From an uncultured Pseudomonadota bacterium (GTDB lineage: Bacteria; Pseudomonadota; Alphaproteobacteria; Rs-D84): a DNA stretch of 64,000 nt. Position numbers and translations under genes: made by a program. The stretch lies in assembly GCA_947307295.1 (NCBI GenBank), contig CAMZIQ010000002.1, positions 80,621 through 144,620 of the forward strand, given 5' to 3'. Position 1 is the stretch's first letter. Every line of letters starts with the position of its first letter. The notes beneath the pieces were generated by a model, which worked only from the letters and a program-made list of their open reading frames with translations, ran no database searches and was not told the DNA's origin. Of this stretch, positions 37,123 through 46,713 are shown in pieces.

Positions 37123-38767
37123 AATATTTATTCTAACATATCTGATTATGAAAGAAACGAAAAAATTTTATGTTGGTGTGTTTTTGGCAATCGCGATTGT
37201 CTGTTGCTTTTGTTTTGTTGGCTATAAAATGCTTAACAACAGGGCGTATGAATCTGCATCAGACAATATTGTCACGGATACTGATTTTGGTTATTTTCTT
37301 GCTGCACAGCATGCGCTGTATGTTAATGATTTTGATAATGCAGAAAAAATGGTTAATTCAATTAAAACTGATAACAAAACCATAGCCAAAGTTCAAAGTT
37401 TAACAGATTTTTTTAATGGTAAAATGCCAAAAAGCGCAAAAACTTTTAAAGATTCAAAAGATTTGGTTAACAGATTAATTTACGATGCGTATCTAATTCA
37501 ACAAGATGATTGGAAATCGGTATATGCCAGACATGAAAAGGAAACAAGTATGCTGGCTGCGCCATTGCGCATATTTTCTGGTGTAAAGCAGGGCAAAACG
37601 AAAGAAATTACAAAGTTCATAGATTCTTTAAAAGTTAGCGATTCTTGGAAATCTTTTGTGCGTGGTCAAATCGCTGTGTTGAACAATGATATTGACAAGG
37701 CTGCCAAAGAATTTGCTAATGTGCATCCAGATTTTATGAATGTTAATGATTATCTGTATTTGATGTCTTTCTATAAAGAAAATGGTATGACTAAAGATAT
37801 GGAAATATTGCGCAATGATTTTTTGGCTAAACCTGGCGGAATGTACATAGTTAATTATCCTGATATTCCAGATTGGTCAAATTATGCTGGGTATAAAAAT
37901 AATTTAGTTTTTTCGATGATACAAAATGTTTCTCATACTCAGGTTATGCTTTATACAGACTTGTCTTTGATGTTTTTAAGATTTGCGCAAATTATATCTA
38001 GTGATGCGAATTTAGATGCAGTAAATTATTATCTGGGACAATATTATTTTTATAATTCAGGCGATTATAAAACATGTTTTAATAGCATTAAAAAATCAAG
38101 TCCATTATATCTGTTTGGCAAATTAAACATCGCTGAACGAGATAATGATTTTAAAACGATAAAAAAGATTGTGCGTGACAATCCTTTGTTTATGCCAGCG
38201 GTTCAAAAAATCGTTCGTGAAAGCATAAAAAATGGCTATAAGCATGATGCGTTAAAGGTTGTAAATCGTGCATTAAAACAAAAGGGTTTGCCTGACGAAG
38301 CCAGGGCATATTTTTTAAAGCAGCGCGCATATATTTATCTGATGTTTAGTGACGGAAAGCGTGCACAGAAAGATTTGTATACTATAAAATCTATGACAGA
38401 TAATATGACACCAGATATTATGGCATTACAGGCACACGCATGGCTTTTGCAAAATCGCAATTTAGAAGAAGCGTATAATTATTCTATGTTGCTGATAAAA
38501 AATAATACCTCGGATATGCATGCGTGGGACATGGTGGCACAGATTGTTGCAAAGAAAGAAAGTTTAGAAAACGGTTTAGAACTGATGGAATCTGTCAGCA
38601 GAACTGCTGGAAATACATCTTCGCTATTTGAACATTTGGGTGATTTATATAAGCAGCAAGGCGACAAAGAAAAGGCATTGCGTGCATATCAACAGGCACT
38701 AGATTTATCTGAAGATGCTTTGATAGTTGTGCCGTTTGTTCAGAAAAAAATAAGGAATTTAAAATGA
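37013..38767 (+). CDS. TPR-repeat membrane-anchored protein; real start most likely ATG at 37148 (MKETKKFYVGVFLAIAIV...), as the upstream part overlaps rsmG
   Basis: N-terminal TM helix. Helical repeat regions with TPR-like LGDLYKQQGDKEKALRAYQQALDL. Confidence 0.5.
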   Translation: MCLWRMFVKVLGATKFILVDHSLSNFSYSINFSSIFIIFILTYLIMKETKKFYVGVFLAIAIVCCFCFVGYKMLNNRAYESASDNIVTDTDFGYFLAAQHALYVNDFDNAEKMVNSIKTDNKTIAKVQSLTDFFNGKMPKSAKTFKDSKDLVNRLIYDAYLIQQDDWKSVYARHEKETSMLAAPLRIFSGVKQGKTKEITKFIDSLKVSDSWKSFVRGQIAVLNNDIDKAAKEFANVHPDFMNVNDYLYLMSFYKENGMTKDMEILRNDFLAKPGGMYIVNYPDIPDWSNYAGYKNNLVFSMIQNVSHTQVMLYTDLSLMFLRFAQIISSDANLDAVNYYLGQYYFYNSGDYKTCFNSIKKSSPLYLFGKLNIAERDNDFKTIKKIVRDNPLFMPAVQKIVRESIKNGYKHDALKVVNRALKQKGLPDEARAYFLKQRAYIYLMFSDGKRAQKDLYTIKSMTDNMTPDIMALQAHAWLLQNRNLEEAYNYSMLLIKNNTSDMHAWDMVAQIVAKKESLENGLELMESVSRTAGNTSSLFEHLGDLYKQQGDKEKALRAYQQALDLSEDALIVVPFVQKKIRNLK

Positions 38768-39627
38768 AAATAGGTGTTTTTGGTGCTGGTGCATGGGGCA
38801 CAGCCTTGGCTTATACGTGCGCAAAATCTGATAATGATGTTATACATTGGGGGTACGGTGGTATCTTTGATGGTTTACCTGATTTGCAAAAACCAGAAAA
38901 TGTATCAAGAACAGATAAAATATCTGATTTAAGTGGTTGTGAATATTGGTTAATTGTCACGCCTGCGGCTTTTTTTAGGGAAACTGTGCGAAAAATGCGT
39001 GATGTTTATAATGGTCAACCGATTTTGATTTGTACCAAGGGGATGGAAGCGGAATCGGGTGAATTTATGTCTGAAATTTTAAATACAGAAATCCCAGAAT
39101 GTAAAGATTTTGGTATATTGTCAGGACCGCAATTTGCACGCGAAGTCGCAAGCGGTGTCCCAACAGGCTCTACATTGGCAGGTAATAAAAAGGTTAGGGC
39201 AGGTGGACACAAGGCTTTATCTACGCTTTATTTGCAAGACTGTGAAGATGTAATTGGAACACAACTTTGCGGTGTCGGTAAAAACGCAGTATCTTTAATT
39301 TCTGGATTTTTAACTATTAAATCAGGTGGTGAAAATGAACGTGCATTAGTTTTTACTCGTGCTTGGGATGAAATCGCAGAATTAGGTGTAAAAATGGGCG
39401 CAGAATGTGGAACATTTCTTGGGCTTTGCGGTATAGGTGATTTGTTTTTGTCTGCCACATCACCAACCAGTCGTAATTTTTCAGCGGGTGAATTAATCGC
39501 ACGTGGTGAACAATATACCGGCACAGTCGAAGGGATATTCGCCCTGCGCGGTTTGATTAGACGCGCAGAAAAACTGGGTGTAAAAACCCCAATATTATGT
39601 GAAATGAAAGAAAAAATGGGGTTGTAA
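38764..39627 (+). CDS. gpsA: NAD(P)H-dependent glycerol-3-phosphate dehydrogenase (short form)
   Basis: MKIGVFGAGAWGTALA Rossmann N-terminus and the C-terminal LCGIGDLFLSATSPTSRN GpsA motif. Confidence 0.7.
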   Translation: MKIGVFGAGAWGTALAYTCAKSDNDVIHWGYGGIFDGLPDLQKPENVSRTDKISDLSGCEYWLIVTPAAFFRETVRKMRDVYNGQPILICTKGMEAESGEFMSEILNTEIPECKDFGILSGPQFAREVASGVPTGSTLAGNKKVRAGGHKALSTLYLQDCEDVIGTQLCGVGKNAVSLISGFLTIKSGGENERALVFTRAWDEIAELGVKMGAECGTFLGLCGIGDLFLSATSPTSRNFSAGELIARGEQYTGTVEGIFALRGLIRRAEKLGVKTPILCEMKEKMGL

Positions 39628-39641
39628 TAATTTCTTGTTTA

Positions 39642-40514
39642 TTACTGAATCGCTGGTCCCGCAACAAATGTTCCGCCACCAGCATTTGTAAAAAATGTTT
39701 GACTAACAGTATCATACATTCCCAAAACATTATCAGAATTGCGCTTTGCTGGAATCATATTACGAACTGGTGAACCGTTGTCTGACAATGTAAAATAATA
39801 AATTCTGATTCTAGTATTGCTTGAACCTGTTGTTGTGCCACGATTCCAAAAGAATAAATAACACGAACGTTGTCCTTGATAAGATGTATACCATCCAGTT
39901 GTATATGCAGTACCATTGATTGTCACCGTATTTTTATTCATTGTGACAGTATAATCTGTTTTTGGACTAAACGCTGGTCCTGGTCGTACTAACGCACTGC
40001 TGGTATTTGAAGTTGGATATACAACATCAAAAAGACTCTCGTAATTAATTTTGTAATAAAACAATGCGATTTCCCCGCCATTCCAAGCACTTCCATTACC
40101 TGCCCCGAATATTGCACGATTTCCATTATCGCTTTGAACATTGAATTTTACTGATATATTTGAATTTGCATTTAATGTCACACCAGTATCTATGTACGCG
40201 TAATCGGTGTTTTCTAGATATTCTAAATATGTATATTCTTCTTTTATCGTCCAGCCATCGAATATATAACCTTGGGCGGGCGGTGTTGGTTCTGGTGGCA
40301 AAGTCAAAGTTCCACCATATTCACAAGATTGTGCATCATTTGGTACTGACAATTGTGTATTACCATTATACCAACTAAGCGGAACTGTTGTAGCAAACAA
40401 CGATGTACAAAAAATACTAGCCACGGATAATGTCCAAAATAATTTCATGTTATTTGCCCCCTTTGCCTTTAACAAATAACCGCCGAAAATCAGGCGGTTG
40501 GAGGTTCGAAACAA
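39642..40514 (-). CDS. secreted protein with a Listeria-Bacteroides (Flg_new)-like repeat motif; start most likely ATG at 40448 (MKLFWTLSVASIFCTSLFA) after RBS aggggg
   Basis: Signal peptide and the GYIFDGWT (GYxFxGW) motif. The N-terminal 22 codons of the track ORF run through repeat B and its terminator hairpin, so they are probably not translated. Confidence 0.5.
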   Translation of the reverse strand: MFRTSNRLIFGGYLLKAKGANNMKLFWTLSVASIFCTSLFATTVPLSWYNGNTQLSVPNDAQSCEYGGTLTLPPEPTPPAQGYIFDGWTIKEEYTYLEYLENTDYAYIDTGVTLNANSNISVKFNVQSDNGNRAIFGAGNGSAWNGGEIALFYYKINYESLFDVVYPTSNTSSALVRPGPAFSPKTDYTVTMNKNTVTINGTAYTTGWYTSYQGQRSCYLFFWNRGTTTGSSNTRIRIYYFTLSDNGSPVRNMIPAKRNSDNVLGMYDTVSQTFFTNAGGGTFVAGPAIQ

Positions 40515-40660
40515 TTCAACTGAAATTGTGTGCTTATTTTATCGTAAACGATATTATTCACATCCCTCCAACCATGCTTGGTTGGAGATTTTTAACGTCA
40601 ATCCCTTGACGCAGTTGAAAGGGTTTCGACACCCCATCAGAAAAACTCTTTCTGACAAAT
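40478..40660 (-). repeat. leader-like repeat B (reverse orientation), ending on the minus strand in hairpin ccgcc-tgattttc-ggcgg about 30 nt before the 40448 start codon
   Basis: About 85% identical to repeat A. A TATAAT box lies on the minus strand just upstream (40667-40672). Confidence 0.6.
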
Positions 40661-40879
40661 TGATTGTTTCAAAAATTATAATTTAAAACAAGGAAAAAAT
40701 ATTTAAAAAAATCCTAATAAAAACCGGCTTTTTTGTTGCAAATAAATAAATATATTTTATAATTCGCAAAGATGTCGCGAAGAAGGAATTGTTCTTTCTT
40801 GTATTTTTGAACGGAATACAAAAACGAATAATTTTTCTTCGCATAGAATAATAACTAATTAAAAAATGGAGAAAAATAT

Positions 40880-43048
40880 ATGTTTGGTATATTTAAAAAA
40901 TCAAAAGACGAAGAACATGTTTTAAACAATCCTGTTGCGGTTGAATTTCAATACGGTGGTGAAACAGTTCGTTTGGAAACAGGTCGTTATGCGAAACAGG
41001 CAACTGGTGCAGTAATGGCTACAATGGGTGGCACAATGGTTTTGGCAACTGTGTGCGCTGAAAAAACAGCAGTCGAAGGGCAAGATTTCTTTCCTTTGAC
41101 CGTAGATTATCAGGAAAAATACGCATCTGCTGGTCGTATTCCAGGTTCCCGCGATAGACGCGAAGGAAAATCTAGCGTAAATGAAACTTTGACAGCGCGC
41201 CTTATTGACAGACCTATACGTCCGCTTTTCCCAGAAACATTTAAGAACAAAGTTCAAATTATTGCCCAGGTTTTTTCTTATGATAAAAAGAATCAGCCTG
41301 ATATTTTGGCAATGATTGCGTCATCTGCGGCATTGGCAATATCTGGTGTTCCTTTCCAAGGGCCAATTGGTGCTGCGCGTGTTGGATACAAAGACGGGCA
41401 ATATGTTTTAAATCCTTCTAAGAAAGAAGTTGAAGATTCTCAAATGGATTTGGTTGTTGCTGCGACCAAAGACGGTGTTTTGATGGTAGAATCTGAAATC
41501 GGTGAATTGGATGAAAAAACAACTTTGGGTGCTGTGAAGTTTGGTTTTGATGAACAACAAACTGTTATCAAAGCAATTAACGAATTCGTTGAAAAGGCTG
41601 GTAAAGAACGTTGGGAAATTCCAACTAACAGCGAAGAATATGTTGTTATGGAAAAAGATTTCGAACAATTCGCAAACGAAATCACAGATGCTTTGTTGAT
41701 TAAGGAAAAATTGGTTCGCCTTGATACATTGGCTGAAATTCATGCAAAAGCAAAAGCACGTATTCCAGAATTGTTCCCAGAAACCACAACGGCTACATCT
41801 ACATTGGAATCATGGGCTGATGAAATAGTTGAAAATATTACTGCACGTATTATGCGTGGAAATATTTTGGCTGGAAAACCTCGTATAGACGGTCGTGATA
41901 CAAAGACAGTTCGTCCAATTGAAATTGAATTGGGTGTATTGCCACGCGCACACGGTTCTGCATTGTTTACACGTGGTGAAACTCAGGCTTTGGTTTCATT
42001 GACTTTGGGTGGTGGCAAAGATGCGTTGCCAATCGAAGCTTTGGACGGTGACAGCGAACGTGATTTCATTTTGAATTATAATTTCCCAGGTTATTCAGTC
42101 GGCGAAGCCAAAGGTTTAAAAGCCCCAGGTCGTCGTGAACTTGGCCATGGTAATTTGGCATGGCGTGCTGTGCATCCAATGGTCCCAACTCGTGAAGAAT
42201 TTGATTATGTAATTCGCGTATGTTCTGACATTTTGGAATCTAATGGTTCTTCATCTATGGCGACAACATGTGGCGCTACATTGGCGATGATGGACGGTGG
42301 CGTTCCTATGAAAAGACCGGTTGCAGGTATCGCAATGGGATTGATTAAAGAAGGTGATGATTACGCAATCTTGACTGATATTTTGGGTGACGAAGATCAC
42401 TTGGGCGACATGGATTTCAAAGTGACAGGAACAAACAAAGGTATCACAGCTTTGCAGATGGATATTAAAATCACATCAATCACTTTTGAAATTATGGAAC
42501 ATGCGCTGGCCCAGGCTAAAGATGGTCGTATGCATATTTTGGGTAAAATTGAAAAAGCGATTAAGGCACCAAGAAAATCTGTGTCTGAATATGCGCCACA
42601 AAGTTATGCTATGAAAATCAATCCTGATAAAGTTCGCGAAGTAATCGGCAAAGGTGGTTCGGTTATTCAGGCTTTGACACGTGATACAAATACTCAAATC
42701 GAATTAGAAGACGATGGCAGTATTAAAATTATGGCTGTATCCAAAGAAGATGCAGATGCTGCAATCGCACGTATCAAAGAAATAGTTGCAGAACCAGAAG
42801 TTGGCGAAATCTATGAAGGTGTCGTTTCTGGTGTTAAAGATTTTGGTTTGTTTGTAAAGATTTTGAAAAATTTTGAATCTATGGTTCATATTTCTGAAAT
42901 CACAGGTGAAAGATTAAACAAAATCGAAGATGCTAAAATCAAAGAAGGCGATAAAGTTTTTGTAAGATATTTGGGCACAGATAAACGCGGTAAAACACGT
43001 ATGTCTATGGTTGGTATCGATCAAAAAACTGGTAAAGAAACGAAATAA
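40880..43048 (+). CDS. pnp: polyribonucleotide nucleotidyltransferase (PNPase)
   Basis: Two RNase PH domains, KH (VIGKGGSVIQ) and S1 C-terminus, 722 aa. Confidence 0.95.
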   Translation: MFGIFKKSKDEEHVLNNPVAVEFQYGGETVRLETGRYAKQATGAVMATMGGTMVLATVCAEKTAVEGQDFFPLTVDYQEKYASAGRIPGSRDRREGKSSVNETLTARLIDRPIRPLFPETFKNKVQIIAQVFSYDKKNQPDILAMIASSAALAISGVPFQGPIGAARVGYKDGQYVLNPSKKEVEDSQMDLVVAATKDGVLMVESEIGELDEKTTLGAVKFGFDEQQTVIKAINEFVEKAGKERWEIPTNSEEYVVMEKDFEQFANEITDALLIKEKLVRLDTLAEIHAKAKARIPELFPETTTATSTLESWADEIVENITARIMRGNILAGKPRIDGRDTKTVRPIEIELGVLPRAHGSALFTRGETQALVSLTLGGGKDALPIEALDGDSERDFILNYNFPGYSVGEAKGLKAPGRRELGHGNLAWRAVHPMVPTREEFDYVIRVCSDILESNGSSSMATTCGATLAMMDGGVPMKRPVAGIAMGLIKEGDDYAILTDILGDEDHLGDMDFKVTGTNKGITALQMDIKITSITFEIMEHALAQAKDGRMHILGKIEKAIKAPRKSVSEYAPQSYAMKINPDKVREVIGKGGSVIQALTRDTNTQIELEDDGSIKIMAVSKEDADAAIARIKEIVAEPEVGEIYEGVVSGVKDFGLFVKILKNFESMVHISEITGERLNKIEDAKIKEGDKVFVRYLGTDKRGKTRMSMVGIDQKTGKETK

Positions 43049-43054
43049 AAATTC

Positions 43055-43090
43055 TCTCGGGCGGGGGGATAACTCGCCCGAGATTTTTTC
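43055..43090 (+). terminator. Rho-independent terminator after pnp (tctcgggcg-N11-cgcccgaga plus T6)
   Basis: 9-bp GC stem plus T-run read directly. Confidence 0.7.
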
Positions 43091-43104
43091 AAAAGGATAA
43101 AATT

Positions 43105-43398
43105 ATGGATATGGAAGCTTTGATGGCGCAAGCCCAAGATTTGCAATCAAAAATATCATCTGCCCAAGATTCTCTTGGCAATATGCATGTCAAAGGGATT
43201 GCAGAAAACGGTGCTGTGGTTGTTGATATGACCGGAAAATATGATATAGTTTCTGTGAATATCAATCCAAATGCTTTGTCTTTTGGTGCGGAAAAATTGT
43301 CTAAATTGGTTTTTGATGCGTATAAAGATGCAAAAGAAAAAGCCGATGTTTTAATAGATAAAACAATGTCTGCAATTACTGGTGGATTGACAGACTGA
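43105..43398 (+). CDS. ybaB: nucleoid-associated protein YbaB/EbfC
   Basis: 97 aa. MxxLMxQAQxLQ N-terminus and conserved core VKGIAENGAVVVDMTGKYDIVSVNIN. Confidence 0.85.
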   Translation: MDMEALMAQAQDLQSKISSAQDSLGNMHVKGIAENGAVVVDMTGKYDIVSVNINPNALSFGAEKLSKLVFDAYKDAKEKADVLIDKTMSAITGGLTD

Positions 43399-43427
43399 CG
43401 CAAATTACGTTTAGTTAAGTTAAAAAT

Positions 43428-43452
43428 AAAACCGGGGTAAAACCCGGTTTGA
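43428..43452. terminator. bidirectional hairpin accggg-gtaaaa-cccggt flanked by A/T runs (terminates tRNA-Val(TAC) on minus and ybaB on plus)
   Basis: Read directly. T-run on the minus strand after the tRNA 3' end. Confidence 0.5.
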
Positions 43453-43457
43453 ATCTT

Positions 43458-43534
43458 TGGTGGACGTTAAGAGACTTGAACTCCTGACCCTCTGCGTGTA
43501 AAGCAGATGCTCTAGCCAACTGAGCTAAACGTCC
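43458..43534 (-). tRNA. tRNA-Val (anticodon TAC), CCA encoded
   Basis: RC: GGACGTT-TA-GCTCAGTTGGCTAGAGC-A-TCTGC-TTTACAC-GCAGA-GGGTC-AGGAGTTCAAGTCTCTT-AACGTCC-ACCA. D-arm identical to that of tRNA-Val(GAC). Confidence 0.88.
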
Positions 43535-43640
43535 AAAGCGATACACATAATACCTTAATTTTTTAATTTGTCCAGAAAAAACTGCATTTCAATTTGAAAT
43601 ACGGTCAAAAATATGATACAATTCGGGTAAGAATAGGGGG

Positions 43641-44051
43641 GTGTCTGTGAAAAAGTATATTTTTCCCATATTGATGATATTTGCATTTTTATGTGAAGCT
43701 GATGCAGCGGTAAAGATTAAAAATTCCACAGAAACGCGTTATGAAGAACAATATTATGAAACTTCTGGGGACGCGGAAGATGCTGGTGATATCGCTACGT
43801 TGGAAAACGATATTCGTATATTAGACGAAGAAATTGCAAAGTGTAAAAAGCAAAAGAAAGGCTGGATAGCTGCAACCGTTATCGGTGCTGCTGGAACGGT
43901 GGCTACGGGTGTTGCCGCCGGTGTTCAGGGTGTAAAGCTTCGTGATAAAAAAGACGATTATAGGGAACAAGCCACAGAATTGGGCAAATTAGACAGACAA
44001 AAAGCAGAACTGGATAAACAGATAAAAGCAGAAGAGGCGAAGAAAAAATGA
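43641..44051 (+). CDS. secreted/membrane glycine-zipper coiled-coil protein (136 aa; GTG start, possibly at 43647)
   Basis: Signal peptide, Gly-zipper segment GWIAATVIGAAGTVATGVAAGVQG, and a K/E-rich coiled coil. Paralogous N-terminal architecture to the next gene. Confidence 0.5.
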   Translation: MSVKKYIFPILMIFAFLCEADAAVKIKNSTETRYEEQYYETSGDAEDAGDIATLENDIRILDEEIAKCKKQKKGWIAATVIGAAGTVATGVAAGVQGVKLRDKKDDYREQATELGKLDRQKAELDKQIKAEEAKKK

Positions 44052-45889
44052 GAAAATATTTTCTGATTGGATTATTGGTTTCTTTGATGCCGAATATTTG
44101 TTTGGCATACGGTCCACGTTATACACAATTGGTGCGTGAAAAAGAACGCAAAATGGCTGAATTGGAAAAATGTATGGGTTCGACCAAGGGATTAAAGATA
44201 GCGGGCGTATCCACGTTGGGATTGACTGCCGCCGGGGTTGCGGGCAATATCGCAGAAGCCAGCGCGATAAAAAGTTATGATAAAAAGATAGATAAAGCCA
44301 AAGACGATATTAAAAAGGCACAAAAAGCCGTAGATGAAAAAGATGCCGAATTAAATAATTTAAAACAACAAAATCAGCAACCTAATCAAAACCAACAAGG
44401 TAATGCACAAGCATCAAGCGCGAATAATCCATCCAACAGCGAATGTCCAGAATTTGCAAATACACCAAATGTGGTAAAGACAGAAAAGAAAGAAGATAAA
44501 TGCGTAATTACCGAATGTGCCGAAAATTTTAAACCCGCCGAAAACGGACAAATTTGCGTGCCAGCGAAAGATTGTGGTCCAATAAAATTATTGTACGGTG
44601 ATTATTGTGTAGATTTTTGTCCAGATGGTACAAAAGAATATATGCGCGTTTGTCAAGATGAAGAAACAGCAAAACATAATTTAGAATTTGATAAAAAAGT
44701 TAAAGAATGTCTTAAACACGGCGCTGCTGGTTATTCAGAAGGAAAAGGTTGTTTGTGTCAAAATGAGAACACACATCAATGGGATGAAAACAAAAAACAA
44801 TGTGTCGAAAAAACAGACGAGTCTGAAAATAAAAAATCTGAAGAGTGTCATAATAAAGTTGCTCATGAATTTATAAATGGTATACCAAGCAAATATGATA
44901 CCTTATACCAAAATAATTTATCTGCATTGCGAAACCGTACTGCTGATGCGGATGGAACTATAGATTTTGTTTGTACTTGTAACAAAACAGCAGTATGTGA
45001 AAAAGGGAAAAACTGGTCAGAATGTAAATATGCTTATGATGTTTTACCAGATATCGCAAGACATTACACAAAAATGCATGCCTTAAATGAAGAATGTGGT
45101 GAAACAAATGACGACACTATGCAATATTTGAAAATTAAGCCAACAACAGAACAAACAAAGAAAGACCAAAAAGACTGTATAAAGGAAGTTGCGCAAAGTT
45201 TTAAAAATGAGATACCTGATGGGTACAAAACCCATTATAACGAACTTTTGGGACAGTTAAAAAGTCAAACAGCAGAAGAAGCTGGTTTTGTAAATCCTGT
45301 GATGAATGGTATAACAATAACTTGTAAAAAAGGTCAAAAGTTTGAAAAATGTGAAAATGGTAAAGATGGTTTGGCAGCTATAGCGAAAGACTATACCATG
45401 AATTATGCAAAAAATGATAAATGTGGAACAAATCATCCAACAGTTCCAACACTTACAATTCATCCAACAAAAGAAAGTGAAAAATCAAATCGTCCAGAAA
45501 AAGCGGAAGACGATATAGATTGTAAAAAAAATGTAGAATATTACGCCAAGCAGAAATGGTATTTTGATGTAAATTCGAGTGAGATTGGCAACGAGTATGA
45601 ATTAGCGGTTAGAAACGATATTGATGTTTATAATAAGTACAAAGCAAAGGTGCAAGAAATATACGAAAAAGAAAAGACGGAATTTGATAAACATATAATA
45701 CAAGAAGGTGAAACGAAACAATGCGATGCTTATAGTGTATCGTATAAAAAATGTCCAGATAAAACATATGAAGCATGTGATAAGAATTATTATATTTGTA
45801 GTTTAGCATTGGTGGCGGACGCCATACAAAAACAAGTAGGACCACAGTATATAAACGAAATGGTAGAAGTAATATGTAAAAATAAATAA
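44048..45889 (+). CDS. secreted Cys-rich protein: signal peptide, Gly-zipper, coiled coil, Q/N-rich linker, then Cys-rich region with two tandem ~110-aa repeats
   Basis: Internal repeat ECHNKVAHEFINGIPSKYDTLYQNN... versus DCIKEVAQSFKNEIPDGYKTHYNEL.... Multiple CxxxC/CxC spacings. No homolog recognised. Confidence 0.5.
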   Translation: MRKYFLIGLLVSLMPNICLAYGPRYTQLVREKERKMAELEKCMGSTKGLKIAGVSTLGLTAAGVAGNIAEASAIKSYDKKIDKAKDDIKKAQKAVDEKDAELNNLKQQNQQPNQNQQGNAQASSANNPSNSECPEFANTPNVVKTEKKEDKCVITECAENFKPAENGQICVPAKDCGPIKLLYGDYCVDFCPDGTKEYMRVCQDEETAKHNLEFDKKVKECLKHGAAGYSEGKGCLCQNENTHQWDENKKQCVEKTDESENKKSEECHNKVAHEFINGIPSKYDTLYQNNLSALRNRTADADGTIDFVCTCNKTAVCEKGKNWSECKYAYDVLPDIARHYTKMHALNEECGETNDDTMQYLKIKPTTEQTKKDQKDCIKEVAQSFKNEIPDGYKTHYNELLGQLKSQTAEEAGFVNPVMNGITITCKKGQKFEKCENGKDGLAAIAKDYTMNYAKNDKCGTNHPTVPTLTIHPTKESEKSNRPEKAEDDIDCKKNVEYYAKQKWYFDVNSSEIGNEYELAVRNDIDVYNKYKAKVQEIYEKEKTEFDKHIIQEGETKQCDAYSVSYKKCPDKTYEACDKNYYICSLALVADAIQKQVGPQYINEMVEVICKNK

Positions 45890-45912
45890 AACCGGCATTT
45901 GCCGGTTTTAAT
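45890..45912. terminator. bidirectional terminator aaccggc-attt-gccggtt plus T-run (recurrent hairpin family)
   Basis: Read directly between convergent genes. Confidence 0.6.
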
Positions 45913-45955
45913 TTTTTCTGTGACGGTTAGAGACGAGAACGAAGGAGTTCAACAA

Positions 45956-46708
45956 TTATCTTTTCTTTTGCCAAGCGTTTGCACGGCGGACATAACCTTT
46001 GGCAAGTTCGGTATCAAACAATGCTTTTTCGCTGAACATGGTTTGTGATTTTAATTTTCCTTCGGCGTCTATCCAGATATCGCGATGTTCAGGGACAACA
46101 GCGTTTATTTTGTTCAAATTTTCAATAACGTTATCTGGGGACATTCCACCACTGTATCCCATTGGGTGAGTTTCGTAAATTGGTTTTTGCCACGCCTTTG
46201 GTGCGATGCCATTTCCGCCGCTGGCATCAAAAAGCAAAGAAAATTTTGCACCGGTATTATGCATTTTTTCTATTGCTGATTTCGTGTTATCATTATATTG
46301 AAAAATAAATTCATGGTGCGGGAAATCGTGTATAATCTTAGCCAGCCCGTCTGTATCTATATTTGTGGCTGTTATTTTTGGCATATTTAATTGAATACGT
46401 TTGATAAGTGGTTTATTATGAGATTTTTCAAGTTTTATCCAATCTAGGACAATATTTGGAATTTTAGCCCCAGCACAAATATCATTTGCCCATTCTTGAT
46501 TAATATGGATTGCTAAACTGATACGGCTGCCTTGGTTAACCGCATATAATAAATCATTAAACCAAACATTTCGTGGCATACCTTCACTCATTTTCGAAGG
46601 GTGGCATTGAACAGCGACTTCTGCATGGGGCAAATGCGCCAAATCTATGATAGACTTTATTGAATTGTGTTCACGTGGGTCAGAACAAGTTATATATCTT
46701 AATTTCAT
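45956..46708 (-). CDS. phosphoribosylanthranilate isomerase (TrpF)-like TIM-barrel protein
   Basis: LLFDASGGNGIAPKAW and GYSGGMSPDNV resemble the PRAI D-x-GGxG...FDW and AGGLxxxNV motifs. No other trp genes in the window. Confidence 0.45.
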   Translation of the reverse strand: MKLRYITCSDPREHNSIKSIIDLAHLPHAEVAVQCHPSKMSEGMPRNVWFNDLLYAVNQGSRISLAIHINQEWANDICAGAKIPNIVLDWIKLEKSHNKPLIKRIQLNMPKITATNIDTDGLAKIIHDFPHHEFIFQYNDNTKSAIEKMHNTGAKFSLLFDASGGNGIAPKAWQKPIYETHPMGYSGGMSPDNVIENLNKINAVVPEHRDIWIDAEGKLKSQTMFSEKALFDTELAKGYVRRANAWQKKR

Positions 46709-46713
46709 AATAT

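Noticed and set aside
37013-37147. N-terminal 45 codons of the 584-aa ORF
   Set aside because: Overlaps the 5' end of rsmG on the other strand. An internal ATG at 37148 with hydrophobic signal/TM (MKETKKFYVGVFLAIAIV) is a far better start.
40449-40514. MFRTSNRLIFGGYLLKAKGANN extension of the secreted-protein ORF
   Set aside because: Would be translated through the terminator hairpin of repeat B. The signal peptide and RBS support the start at 40448.
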